Made by a program: the position numbers and the translations under genes. DNA of 64,000 nt. It comes from an uncultured Bdellovibrionales bacterium. Its GTDB lineage: Bacteria > Bdellovibrionota > Bdellovibrionia > Bdellovibrionales > JAMPXM01. How positions within the stretch are numbered: the first letter of the stretch is position 1; the number at the start of each line of letters is the position of its first letter. This document shows positions 52,150 through 61,697 of the stretch, piece after piece. The notes under the pieces were generated by a model, which made no database searches, had not been told where the DNA came from, and saw only the letters and a program-made list of their open reading frames with translations. The stretch spans positions 416 to 64,415 of the forward strand of contig CALBDW010000166.1 in assembly GCA_937927435.1 (NCBI GenBank), written 5' to 3'.

Positions 52150-54864
52150 ATGAGCGGAGACAAGGAGATCTCCACCGAGCTTTCGGATCGCTATTCGGCG
52201 GCCGAAGTTGAGCAGCGAATTTACCGTTGGTGGGAAGAACGAGGTTATTTCCAAGCTGAAGACCGGTCGACGAAGCCACCCTTTTGCATCATCCTCCCGC
52301 CCCCGAACGTGACAGGCCAGTTGCACATGGGACACGCGCTCGATCACACCATCCAGGATGTGATCATCCGTTGGAAGCGCATGTCGGGATTCAATACCCT
52401 GTGGCTGCCGGGCACCGATCACGCCGGGATCGCGACTCAGTCGGTCGTCGAACGCGAGTTGCGGAAAGAAGGCAAAACCCGCCATGATCTTGGCCGTGAA
52501 AAATTCGTCGAGCGCGTTTGGGAATGGAAACACCAATACGGTAACCGTATTTACGAACAAATGCGCCGCTTGGGCGACAGTTGCGACTGGCGCCGTGCGG
52601 TTTTCACTCTCGACGAAGGCGTTTCCCGCGCCGTCCGCAAAGTTTTCGTCGAACTCTATAAGAAAGGTCTCATTTACAAAGGCTACCGCCTTGTGAACTG
52701 GTCCGCTCCGCTCGAGACGGCGATTTCGGATCTGGAAGTCGAATACCGGGAAACGAAGAGTACGCTCTATTACATTGATTATCCGGTCGAGGGACCGAAC
52801 GGCGAAGCGAGTGATCAGGTTCTGACGATCGCCACAACACGCCCCGAAACGATGCTGGGCGATACGGCCGTCGCGGTCCATCCCGAAGATGAGCGTTACA
52901 AAGATCTCATCGGCAAAAACGTGATTCTGCCTCTTGTCGGCCGCAAGATCCCGATTATCGCCGACTCGTACGTTGATAAGGAATTCGGGTCGGGCGTTGT
53001 GAAGATCACTCCGGCTCACGACTTCAACGACTACCAAATCGGCCAGCGGCATAAACTGCCGATGATCAACATTTTGAATAAGAACGGCTCACTGAACGAA
53101 GAAGCCGGTCCTTATCAAGGCCTCAAAGTTCAGGATGCCCGCAAAAAAATCGTTGAAGATCTTAAGGCTGCGGGCCGACTGCAGAAAGAAGAGCCATACA
53201 AGAACTCGGTCGGCTACTGCTCGCGTTCCGGCGCGGTCGTCGAGCCGTTCCTTTCGGAGCAGTGGTTCGCGCGTATGCCGCGCTTGGCGGGGGCCGCCCG
53301 ACAAGTCGTCGAAACCGGAACGATTCGCTTCGAACCGGAATCGTGGACGAAGACGTATCTGCACTGGATGAGTATCATCGAAGACTGGTGCATCTCGCGC
53401 CAATTGTGGTGGGGCCACCGGATTCCGGCGTGGTACTGCGACGACTGTGGTCATATCACGGTCGCGGAAACGGACCCGACCGCTTGCGAAAAGTGCTCGA
53501 GCGCGAAGATCCGCCAGGACGAAGACGTTCTCGACACATGGTTTAGCTCGGCTCTTTGGCCGTTCAGCACGCTGGGTTGGCCCGAGCAGACGGAAGCTCT
53601 CAAGACGTTCTATCCCACGAACGTTTTGGTGACTGGATTCGATATCATCTTCTTCTGGGTCGCGCGCATGATCATGATGGGGCTTGAATTCGTGCGCGAC
53701 GTGCCGTTCCGCAAGGTCTACATCCATGGCCTCATCCGCGACGCCGAAGGTAAGAAGATGTCGAAGTCGGTCGGAAACGCGCTCGATCCGGTGGAGCTCA
53801 TCGACGAGTACGGCGCCGACGCGCTCCGCTTCACCTTGATGGCGCAAATCGCGTCGGGACGTGATTTGAAGTTCTCCGAAGCGCGGCTTGAAGGCTACCG
53901 CAACTTTATGAACAAGATTTGGAATGCAACCCGCTTCTCGCTCGGCGCTTTGAAAGACTTCAAGGCTCCGGCTGAAGGGGTGAATGCGCTTCCGAATAAG
54001 TCCGATCTGTCGATCGCTGACCAATGGATTGTTTACCAAACGGGCGAAACGATCCGTCTCGTGAACGAATACCTTGAGGAGGACCGCTTCTCGGATGCCG
54101 CGAATACCCTGTACCATTTTGTTTGGAACGAGTTCTGCGATTGGTACCTCGAGTTTGTGAAGCCGATCATTTACGGCCCCGAGAGCGCCGAGCGCACGGC
54201 GACTCAGTTGGTTCTCGCTCAAACCTTGAACCGAATCATGCGGCTTCTGCATCCGTTCACGCCGTTCATCACGGAAGAGATCTATCAAAAGCTTCCGATC
54301 CGTGGCAGCGAAGCGCTTATCATCGATTCGTATCCGACCATTCACAACGATAAGGAATGGCTCTCGGTCGGATCGAAGGAAGCGGCCTTCGAAATGAATG
54401 TTGTGAAGGAAGTTATTGCCGCGATTCGCAACATCCGCGGTGAAAACCAAATCAAGCCGAATCAAGCGATTCCGGTGCGGCTCGCCCCGAGCGACGGACA
54501 CGTGCAAAAGATCCTGGGTGAAAACAAAGCGCAGATCATGCGGATGGCGCGGCTTGATTCCTGCGACATCGGTGAGGCGGGTTCGCTCTCAAAATGCGCG
54601 GTGGCACCGGTCCGTTTCCCTGATGCGAGTGTCGATGTGATTGTTCCCTTAGAAGGGCTTGTCGATATCGACGCCGAAATCAAACGGATTCAAAAGGCGT
54701 TAGAGAAAACGCAGAAGGATATCGGCGTGCTTTCGAAAAAACTCGAAAATGAGAATTTCGTGAAGAATGCGCCCGAAGAGATCGTCGCGGCCGACCGCGC
54801 TCTTCTCGAGTCGTTGCGAGCCCGTTATGAACGTTTGCAAGAATCGCTCGGGCGTCTGATGTAA
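52150..54864 (+). CDS. valS: Valine--tRNA ligase
   Basis: 904 aa. HIGH-type PPPNVTGQLHMGH and KMSKS motifs. C-terminal coiled coil typical of ValRS. Confidence 0.97.
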   Translation: MSGDKEISTELSDRYSAAEVEQRIYRWWEERGYFQAEDRSTKPPFCIILPPPNVTGQLHMGHALDHTIQDVIIRWKRMSGFNTLWLPGTDHAGIATQSVVERELRKEGKTRHDLGREKFVERVWEWKHQYGNRIYEQMRRLGDSCDWRRAVFTLDEGVSRAVRKVFVELYKKGLIYKGYRLVNWSAPLETAISDLEVEYRETKSTLYYIDYPVEGPNGEASDQVLTIATTRPETMLGDTAVAVHPEDERYKDLIGKNVILPLVGRKIPIIADSYVDKEFGSGVVKITPAHDFNDYQIGQRHKLPMINILNKNGSLNEEAGPYQGLKVQDARKKIVEDLKAAGRLQKEEPYKNSVGYCSRSGAVVEPFLSEQWFARMPRLAGAARQVVETGTIRFEPESWTKTYLHWMSIIEDWCISRQLWWGHRIPAWYCDDCGHITVAETDPTACEKCSSAKIRQDEDVLDTWFSSALWPFSTLGWPEQTEALKTFYPTNVLVTGFDIIFFWVARMIMMGLEFVRDVPFRKVYIHGLIRDAEGKKMSKSVGNALDPVELIDEYGADALRFTLMAQIASGRDLKFSEARLEGYRNFMNKIWNATRFSLGALKDFKAPAEGVNALPNKSDLSIADQWIVYQTGETIRLVNEYLEEDRFSDAANTLYHFVWNEFCDWYLEFVKPIIYGPESAERTATQLVLAQTLNRIMRLLHPFTPFITEEIYQKLPIRGSEALIIDSYPTIHNDKEWLSVGSKEAAFEMNVVKEVIAAIRNIRGENQIKPNQAIPVRLAPSDGHVQKILGENKAQIMRMARLDSCDIGEAGSLSKCAVAPVRFPDASVDVIVPLEGLVDIDAEIKRIQKALEKTQKDIGVLSKKLENENFVKNAPEEIVAADRALLESLRARYERLQESLGRLM

Positions 54865-54878
54865 GCTTCCGTAGCTTG

Positions 54879-54909
54879 AAGCCGTCCCGGATCTCGGGGC
54901 GGCTTTTTT
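54879..54909. terminator. Rho-independent terminator shared by convergent valS and trmO
   Basis: AAGCCGTCCCG-gatct-CGGGGCGGCTT (11 bp, including one G-U) plus a T6 run. The trmO stop (54908-54910) lies in the T-run. Confidence 0.75.
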
Positions 54910-55654
54910 ATTTATCCTTTTTCCGCCGGGATGCCAGAAAACGGTCTATGCTTTCCACGCGGATAACGTGCGCGACGTTGCCCTCCATTCGGTAGACCAC
55001 GTTGTAATCGTCAAAAAAGAAGCCGTACACATCCGTATAAGGGTTGGGGCGTTCCACGGTTCCGCGATAAAACACCGGGCGCGGATCCAACGTCAGAATT
55101 TCTTCGATCGCGGAACGCGCTTGCTCGAAGCGTTCGGGGAAGGCCGCCTTAAGGTCGGTAAGAGCGGCTTCAGCGAAATGGACTTCGAGGGTGCGTTCTG
55201 GGCGACTTCCTGTCCAGCCTGCGGTCGCGAGCGGAATAAGATCCGATGACGGCAAGTAGGGCTTGATGTCAAAAATCGGGGTCCCGTCGAGAAGATCAAC
55301 GCCCGAGAGGTAAAGGACGCCGTCTTCAATCCGATCGAGTTTAACCGCGGAAAGACCGATCGGATTCGGGCGATGCGGACTCCGTGTCGCGAAAAGGCCT
55401 ATGCTTTGGCCTTCAAGCCGGGGAGGATGAACTTTGGCGTTCACGCCCTTATTTGTGTTCTGGTGAAAAAGGAAGATCAGCCAGATATGCGAGAATCCTT
55501 CCAGGCCTTCTAGCGCGGCATTGAGATTCAACTCGGGGCGCAGTCTTAGAATTCCCCACGACGACGGCACCAAAGAGGGCTGCCGTGGGGTGCCGAAACG
55601 CTCTTTAAAGCAGGTTTCGATATAGCCGATCGGTTCAAGCTGGAAGCCGGACAT
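54908..55654 (-). CDS. trmO: tRNA (N6-threonylcarbamoyladenosine(37)-N6)-methyltransferase TrmO (TsaA/YaeB)
   Basis: IGYIETCFKERFGTPRQP, FSHIWLIFLFH, FATRSPHRPNPIG and DGTPIFDIKPY are collinear with E. coli YaeB. Confidence 0.88.
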   Translation of the reverse strand: MSGFQLEPIGYIETCFKERFGTPRQPSLVPSSWGILRLRPELNLNAALEGLEGFSHIWLIFLFHQNTNKGVNAKVHPPRLEGQSIGLFATRSPHRPNPIGLSAVKLDRIEDGVLYLSGVDLLDGTPIFDIKPYLPSSDLIPLATAGWTGSRPERTLEVHFAEAALTDLKAAFPERFEQARSAIEEILTLDPRPVFYRGTVERPNPYTDVYGFFFDDYNVVYRMEGNVAHVIRVESIDRFLASRRKKDK

Positions 55655-55782
55655 GGCGATTCTTTAAGCGAGAACTGGTTTGAAAGCAACCACGGGGCTG
55701 TCGAGACGAAAGTCCGTAATATTTGGAGACGCGGAAGATATTGCTTCATTTCCATACATGGGAAGCCGATCCTCTAATAGGT

Positions 55783-56205
55783 ATGAAAACTATCAGCCGG
55801 TACACACCTGTTCTGTTCGTGATCGGGGCGCTTCTTTGGGGCGTTCAAGGGGGGGCCGAGGTTTCGGGGCTCGATCATTTGGACCAGGTGGAAGTCACAA
55901 ACTGCAAGTCGGACGGCGAGGAGAAGCCGCGTGAAACTCCGGTCGGTCCGATTTGCAGTTACACCCATCAGCTCTGTGATGTATCGGCCGCCGGGAAAAC
56001 GATTTTTCAAGGTGTTTATATTGATGTCGACTGCGTTCCTTCGGACGCGAAGAAGTGCCCGGGCCTCGAGGAATGCGCCAAGAAGAAACTACCGCAAAAA
56101 GTCGCCGAATATGTGAGGACGTTGAACGACCCCAATAATGGCCCTGACCGCGCCGACGGTGCGGGGCTCGATATGGGTTCGAAGAGCTTCGGAGGTGGGC
56201 GATGA
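55783..56205 (+). CDS. Small secreted Cys-rich hypothetical protein (140 aa)
   Basis: Signal peptide MKTISRYTPVLFVIGALLWGVQGGA and six Cys in the mature part. The stop overlaps the next start (ATGA 56202-56205). Confidence 0.5.
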   Translation: MKTISRYTPVLFVIGALLWGVQGGAEVSGLDHLDQVEVTNCKSDGEEKPRETPVGPICSYTHQLCDVSAAGKTIFQGVYIDVDCVPSDAKKCPGLEECAKKKLPQKVAEYVRTLNDPNNGPDRADGAGLDMGSKSFGGGR

Positions 56206-56483
56206 AGCGTTTCGCGTTGGCCTTTGCTTTTGCCTCTTGGTTGAGTTGTGCTTCGGCGGAAATGAGTGCGATCACCGTCAACGCGTCCATCGTTGATTTC
56301 GATGAGAGTTCCGTCACCCTGATCGTCGATAAAAAACGGATCACAGTTCCGCGCGAATTGTTGCGGAAACGCGAGCTGAAGAAAGGTAAAACGCTTCAAG
56401 TAACCTTCCGGGGTGAAGAGATCGCCTACCTGCTAGGTGTAAAGAGCCCGGATCGTCGCAGTCCGGCGTCGGCCGGTAAGTGA
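56202..56483 (+). CDS. Small secreted hypothetical protein (93 aa)
   Basis: GGAGG lies 6 nt upstream. Signal peptide MKRFALAFAFASWLSCASA. Basic, beta-rich mature part. Confidence 0.5.
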   Translation: MKRFALAFAFASWLSCASAEMSAITVNASIVDFDESSVTLIVDKKRITVPRELLRKRELKKGKTLQVTFRGEEIAYLLGVKSPDRRSPASAGK

Positions 56484-56497
56484 AAAGTCTTCTCAAT

Positions 56498-56740
56498 TCA
56501 CGACTCGCGGTGTTCGGGATCCGTGCGGTGAGAGCGGACCTCGTAACCGTCCAAAATCGGACTTTCACATTCCGAGGGGCGGAAAATTTCATTGGGCCCC
56601 GACGACCGGGCTTCCGTTTTCCGTTCCTCCTTTCGTTCGGGATTCGTGTCCTCGATGATTTTTTCGATCCGCGCGCTGCTCGGGCTGGCCTTGTGCTCCG
56701 AATTTTGCGCGTTCGCTTCCACGGTTCTTTCCTTCGACAT
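56498..56740 (-). CDS. Small hydrophilic hypothetical protein (80 aa)
   Basis: ATG 56740 is preceded by GGGAGGG at about 6 nt. The sequence is highly charged and looks disordered, with no homology recognised. Confidence 0.4.
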   Translation of the reverse strand: MSKERTVEANAQNSEHKASPSSARIEKIIEDTNPERKEERKTEARSSGPNEIFRPSECESPILDGYEVRSHRTDPEHRES

Positions 56741-56773
56741 AGCGTCCCTCCCTGCGTTCTGAGAAAGATCATC

Positions 56774-56809
56774 TCACGTTCACGTGAATGAATCGTGTGC
56801 GAAACGTGA
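56774..56809. promoter_or_regulatory. Three TCACGT hexamers (two tandem, one inverted), including the 10-bp palindrome TTCACGTGAA
   Basis: TCACGT at 56774-79 and 56780-85. TTCACGTGAA at 56779-88. ACGTGA (inverted copy) at 56804-09. The site lies 34-69 bp upstream of the minus-strand small ORF, within the 284-bp region shared with sodB. Confidence 0.35.
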
Positions 56810-57024
56810 AGAAATCTAGACATTCGCCCGCGTTCGAAAGCGTCGAAGCGGGGAAAGAAGCCGGGACGGTCCTCGGAGGTGAGGTGCTCGAAAGGAGTCG
56901 ACTCATGGAGTTTAGGGCGACGTGGCATGGCCATTAAACGAGGAATTTGACTGGCAAATTGGGGGTGTTAAGGTATGGTCTCTTGCATTCGCAAGCATCC
57001 CACGTTTGTCAGGAGGAGTAGATC

Positions 57025-57606
57025 ATGCCTTTTACACTGCCGGATCTTCCGTACCCGAAGAACGCCCTGGCTCCCCATATGTCTGAAGAGACATTGGAAT
57101 ATCACTACGGCAAACACCACAAAACTTATGTTGATAACCTGAATAAGCTGGTTCAAGGAACGGAATACGAGAACATGAGCCTTGAGGACATCATCATGAA
57201 GTCTTCGGGCGGTATCTTTAACAACGCGGCTCAAGTATGGAACCACACGTTCTTCTGGAACTGCCTCTCGCCCCAAGGCGGCGGCGAACCGTCGGGAGAA
57301 CTCGCTGACGCGATTCGCAGGGACTTCGGCTCTTTTGAGAAGTTCAAAGAGCAATTCACCGATGCGAGCGTAAAGCACTTCGGTTCCGGCTGGGGCTGGC
57401 TGGTTAAAACGAAAGACGGAAAGCTTGCGGTTATGAGCACTGCGAACGCGCAAAACCCGATGACGGACGGCCACAAGCCGCTGCTCACCTGCGATGTTTG
57501 GGAACACGCTTACTACATCGACTATCGCAACCGTCGCGCGGATTTCGTTAACGCGTTCTGGAACCTCGTGAACTGGAAATTCGTAGAAAGCAATTTCGCG
57601 AAGTAA
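57025..57606 (+). CDS. sodB: Iron superoxide dismutase
   Basis: MPFTLPDLPYPKNALAPHMSEETLEYHYGKHH and AAQVWNHTFFWNCL (Fe-type signature), then DVWEHAYYIDYRN. ATG follows AGGAGGAG. Confidence 0.95.
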   Translation: MPFTLPDLPYPKNALAPHMSEETLEYHYGKHHKTYVDNLNKLVQGTEYENMSLEDIIMKSSGGIFNNAAQVWNHTFFWNCLSPQGGGEPSGELADAIRRDFGSFEKFKEQFTDASVKHFGSGWGWLVKTKDGKLAVMSTANAQNPMTDGHKPLLTCDVWEHAYYIDYRNRRADFVNAFWNLVNWKFVESNFAK

Positions 57607-57615
57607 TGTCCTAGG

Positions 57616-57649
57616 GGCCGTAGCGAAACGCTACGGCTCTTCTTTATTT
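57616..57649 (+). terminator. Rho-independent terminator of sodB
   Basis: GCCGTAGCG-aaa-CGCTACGGC (9-bp stem), followed by a T-rich tract TCTTCTTTATTT. Confidence 0.7.
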
Positions 57650-57770
57650 CTGCCTTGATCCGGGCAGTTCAGCCACAGCTTCCGCTCCGAAAAGAAAGCG
57701 TCCTGATTTTTTCAAAAACGCTCTCCGCCAACGCGTGTAGACTTCCTTAGCGAGAACCAAGGCGGAATCC

Positions 57771-60191
57771 GTGTCGCAAATCACCCCGATTGCTTTAGGG
57801 AGAGGCCTGACTAGCCAAGAAGCTGAAAAGCGCCTGGAGCAATTCGGCGCCAATGAGATTACGCGCGAAGAGAGTCGGGCCGCTTGGCGTCTGGCGCTCG
57901 ATCAATTCAAGAGTCCTCTGGTGCTCGTGCTGATCTTCGCTTGCGTTTTGTCCATTTTGCTTGGCGAACGGATCGACACGATCGCCATCGGCGCGATTCT
58001 CATTCTCAACGCCGCCATCGGTTTTTTCCAGGAATATCGGGCCGAGTCGGCGATCGCGGCTCTGCAGAAAATGACGTCACCGAGAGCGACGGTCGTCCGT
58101 GATGGCAGACAAACCGTCGTTCTGGCGCGTGAGGTGGTGCCTGGCGATGTTCTGCGTTTGGAAGCAGGCGACATCGTGGCCGCAGATGCGGAGGTGCTGC
58201 AAGCGCATCGCTTTCAGGTCAATGAGGCGGTTTTAACCGGTGAAAGCCTGCCCGTACGAAAAATGCCCGCCTTAAAGGCGATCAGGCCGCCGGACATCAG
58301 TGCGCAGCGGGTTTTCATGGGAACAACGGTGATGACCGGTACGGCGCTTGCCCGGGTGATCGCGACCGGAATGAAGACCGAGTTCGGAAAAATCGCGCAC
58401 ATGATCTCCACGGCCCGTCGGGAGGCGACGCCGCTTCAGATTCAGCTCGCACATCTCGGTCGCTCGCTGCTGATCGTCTGCTTGCTCGTCGTCGCGCTCG
58501 TCGCAGCAATAGGATATCTGAGAGGCATCACGCTGTTTGAAATCTTGTTTTTCTCGGTCTCGCTTGCGGTGGCAGCGGTTCCGGAGGGACTGCCGGCGAT
58601 CGTAACGGTGGCACTCGCTTTGGGCGTGCGGCGGCTCGCGATCCGGAATGCGCTGGTGCGCAAACTCCCCAGCGTGGAAACATTGGGAAGCGTTTCGGTG
58701 ATCTGTACCGACAAGACCGGCACCCTCACGACCGGTCAGATGAGAGTGCGCGAGATCTGGGGCGATGATCACGTCGAGGTGCTGAAAGCGGCGGTTTCTT
58801 GCTGCGAAGCCGAGCTGGATGAAGACGGCGAGGGTGGAACAGGTGACCCAACGGAGGTCGCCATTCTGATCGCGGCTCGCGAACGGGGAATTCGCAAAGA
58901 CGATATCGAAAGGGATAACCCGCGCACTCACGTCGAGCCCTTTGATTCCGACAGGAAGAGAATGTCGATCCAGCGGCAGGATGGACGGACGTATCTCAAA
59001 GGGGCTATCGAGAGTCTTCTTCCTTTTTGCGATATTGCGGAAAACGAAAAGAACCTCGCAAGTCACGCAGCTCAGGAGATGTCGGCTTTAGGACTTCGCG
59101 TTCTCGCCGTGGGTGTGGGTCAGGATCGTGAAGAGAAAAACCTGAAACTTCTCGGTTTAATCGGCATTGCGGACCCGCCTCGGCCCGAAGCGGTCTCCGC
59201 CATCAAAGAAGCGCGTCGCGCTGGCATCGACGTTATCATGATCACCGGTGATCACCGTGAAACGGCGGCGGCGGTGGCGAAAGAAATCGGCCTCGTTCGT
59301 GAGGGTGAGTCTCTTCCCTCAAAGGTCTACGCGCGGGCGACTCCGGAAGATAAGTTGAAGCTTGTTCGTCTTTTAAAGAATCAAGGCAAGATCGTTGCCA
59401 TGACCGGCGATGGAGTGAACGACGCGCCGGCCTTAAGGGAAGCTCATATCGGAATTGCGATGGGGAGGACTGGAACGGAAGTCGCCCGGCAAACGGCCGA
59501 GTTGGTTTTGGCGGATGACAATTTTGCGACGATCGTCGCCGCCGTTCGCGAAGGGCGCGCGATTTTCCAGAATATCAGGAAAGCCGTACTTTATCTTCTC
59601 ACGGGAAACGTCGCCGAGATCCTTCTTGTATTCGGTGCACTGGTGGCCGGACTGCCTCTTCCGCTCATGGCCGTTCATCTTCTTTGGATTAACTTGGTGA
59701 CGGATTCGCTCCCGGCCTTAACGCTGATCGTGGATCCCATCTCGCCGGAAATTATGTGCCAACCGCCGCGCTCGCCGCGTGAAAGGATTATGGACCGGGC
59801 GCAGTGGAAGCAGGTCATGTGGGTCGCTCTTCTCGAATCCTCGATCGCGTTGGCGCTTTATATTTACTTTCTCAAAGAGAGCGATCTCATGCATGCCCGA
59901 GGACTTGTCTTTACAACAGTCGTATTCAGTCAGATTTTCCGTTCTTTCGGCGCGCGTTCCGGCACGCTGGTGTTTTGGCAATTAGGAGCCTTCAGCAATC
60001 TTTGGCTTCTCGGAGTTGTCATCATTACCGGTTGCGTTCAATTGAGTCTTCATTACCTCCCCTTTATGCAAAAGATTTTTCAACTCGGGCCTTTTTCCCC
60101 GGGAGAACTGCTTGTCATCATTTCGGTTTCACTGATTCCGGTTACGGTCATCGAGGTTTTGAAGCTCGTCAGAAGTTTTTCGCGGGAGTGA
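57771..60191 (+). CDS. P2-type (Ca2+-ATPase-like) cation-transporting P-type ATPase
   Basis: 806 aa. TGES, PEGLP, ICTDKTGTLT, GDGVNDAPALREAHIGIAMG, TM5 NVAEIL, TM6 NLVTDSLPA. GTG start. Confidence 0.9.
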   Translation: MSQITPIALGRGLTSQEAEKRLEQFGANEITREESRAAWRLALDQFKSPLVLVLIFACVLSILLGERIDTIAIGAILILNAAIGFFQEYRAESAIAALQKMTSPRATVVRDGRQTVVLAREVVPGDVLRLEAGDIVAADAEVLQAHRFQVNEAVLTGESLPVRKMPALKAIRPPDISAQRVFMGTTVMTGTALARVIATGMKTEFGKIAHMISTARREATPLQIQLAHLGRSLLIVCLLVVALVAAIGYLRGITLFEILFFSVSLAVAAVPEGLPAIVTVALALGVRRLAIRNALVRKLPSVETLGSVSVICTDKTGTLTTGQMRVREIWGDDHVEVLKAAVSCCEAELDEDGEGGTGDPTEVAILIAARERGIRKDDIERDNPRTHVEPFDSDRKRMSIQRQDGRTYLKGAIESLLPFCDIAENEKNLASHAAQEMSALGLRVLAVGVGQDREEKNLKLLGLIGIADPPRPEAVSAIKEARRAGIDVIMITGDHRETAAAVAKEIGLVREGESLPSKVYARATPEDKLKLVRLLKNQGKIVAMTGDGVNDAPALREAHIGIAMGRTGTEVARQTAELVLADDNFATIVAAVREGRAIFQNIRKAVLYLLTGNVAEILLVFGALVAGLPLPLMAVHLLWINLVTDSLPALTLIVDPISPEIMCQPPRSPRERIMDRAQWKQVMWVALLESSIALALYIYFLKESDLMHARGLVFTTVVFSQIFRSFGARSGTLVFWQLGAFSNLWLLGVVIITGCVQLSLHYLPFMQKIFQLGPFSPGELLVIISVSLIPVTVIEVLKLVRSFSRE

Positions 60192-60194
60192 CGG

Positions 60195-61697
60195 TTGTCT
60201 GGGATCGAGATAAACGGCTATTCGGTTGATTTCGTCTTTCTCACGAGTTCCATGCTTTTGGTCGTTTCGGTTTTGGCGAGTAAAGTGTCATCGAAAATAG
60301 GGGTCCCCGCGCTCCTCATGTTTCTGGGTATCGGTATGCTGAGCGGAGTCGAAGGGCCTGGAGGAATCGATTTCGACAATTATCCTCTTTCGGCAGCAGT
60401 CGGGAGCATCTGCTTGGCGATTATCATGTTCGACGGCGGATTGAGAACTCTCTGGCAGAGTGTACGCCCAGTTCTCGCGCTTGGAGCTTCTCTGTCTTTT
60501 CTGGGAACGGTTATAACCGGAGTCGTTGCCGGGCTCTTCGCGCGCTATGCGCTCGGGCTCACGTGGCTCGAAGGCATGATCCTGGGATCGATCGTGTCTT
60601 CAACTGATGCGGCGGCGGTGTTCGGCATTTTGAGAGCTCGACGCCTGTCACTGAAAGAAGAACTGAAGCAGGCTCTCGAGTTTGAGGCCGCTAGTAACGA
60701 CCCGGTGGCCGTCTTCCTCACGGTCGGGTTTCTTTCCATTGCGACCGGCGCGATGGGCGGAGAGGGAGTCGTCGGGCAGTTTTCGCTCTTTTTCATCGTC
60801 CAGGCCGGTCTGGGTTTTTTCTTCGGCTGGTTCGGCGCGAAGGTGATCCGTCGGATCGTCAATCACGTCGATATTGAGTTCGAAGGGCTCTACGGAGTGT
60901 TGTTCGTCGGTCTGGGTGTTTGCCTTTTTGCTGCCACTTCTTGGGCCGGCGGAAGCGGCTTTCTCGCCGTTTACATGGCGGGGATTGTCTTGGGGAATAC
61001 CGAGCTCCTCCATAAAGGGAGCATCACACGCTTTCTAGACGGAGTCGCCTGGCTGGCGCAAATTCTCGTTTTTTTGACACTTGGTCTTTTGGTGACACCG
61101 ACGCATCTCATCGAAGTGTGGAAGGATGGAGTGCTCCTTTCTCTCTTTCTCATGTTCGTCGCAAGGCCTGTCAGTGTTTTCGCTGCCACTTCGTTCTTCA
61201 AGCTTCCGATGAACGAACGCCTCTTTATCTCATGGGTTGGACTTCGCGGGGTCGCTCCCGTGATCCTCGCGACACTTCCGTGGAGTGTCGGACTTGAAAA
61301 GGCCGAGCACTTTTTTAGCCTCGTCTTTTTTGTGGTCCTCACTTCCGTTGTCGCGCAGGGAATTTCCATTCCAGTCATCGCGAAGAAGCTGGGCGTGACT
61401 GAGCCTCTTCATGAAGGTCATGTGCGTGAGTTCGCGGGCGGGATGCTCCCGGTTGGATTCATTCTTGTGGAAATCATTGTGGGAAAAGACTCGGAAGCGG
61501 ATCAAAGACGGATCGTGGAATTGCCTCTGCCGTCGGGTGTGTTGCTCACGAGTATCGAGCGGGCCGAGCGCTATCTCATTCCCAGGGGGGATACGCTCGT
61601 TTTCGCAGGTGACCGCATCTTCGGTTTAGCCCGCCCAAGCAACTTAGCCGAGCTCGGACGCATCTTCGGCAAAGCGCGCGAAGTGGCGAGCGTTTAG
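60195..61697 (+). CDS. nhaP2: K+/H+ antiporter NhaP2/CvrA type (CPA1) with C-terminal TrkA-C domain
   Basis: Collinear with E. coli CvrA: LGIGMLSGVEGPGGIDFDNYP, IVSSTDAAAVF, SNDPVAVFLT. TTG start lies 3 nt after the ATPase stop. Confidence 0.85.
   Translation: MSGIEINGYSVDFVFLTSSMLLVVSVLASKVSSKIGVPALLMFLGIGMLSGVEGPGGIDFDNYPLSAAVGSICLAIIMFDGGLRTLWQSVRPVLALGASLSFLGTVITGVVAGLFARYALGLTWLEGMILGSIVSSTDAAAVFGILRARRLSLKEELKQALEFEAASNDPVAVFLTVGFLSIATGAMGGEGVVGQFSLFFIVQAGLGFFFGWFGAKVIRRIVNHVDIEFEGLYGVLFVGLGVCLFAATSWAGGSGFLAVYMAGIVLGNTELLHKGSITRFLDGVAWLAQILVFLTLGLLVTPTHLIEVWKDGVLLSLFLMFVARPVSVFAATSFFKLPMNERLFISWVGLRGVAPVILATLPWSVGLEKAEHFFSLVFFVVLTSVVAQGISIPVIAKKLGVTEPLHEGHVREFAGGMLPVGFILVEIIVGKDSEADQRRIVELPLPSGVLLTSIERAERYLIPRGDTLVFAGDRIFGLARPSNLAELGRIFGKAREVASV

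Noticed and set aside
52027-54507. Two very long antisense ORFs (341 and 472 codons) opposite valS. Similar ones lie opposite ccpA (23643-24623), the FAD oxidoreductase (50461-51651), the EEP nuclease (27726-28475) and both P-type ATPases.
   Set aside because: These are the typical shadow ORFs of GC-biased, codon-biased genes. The translations are Arg-rich and low-complexity, lack SD/start context, and lie fully inside well-supported genes on the other strand.
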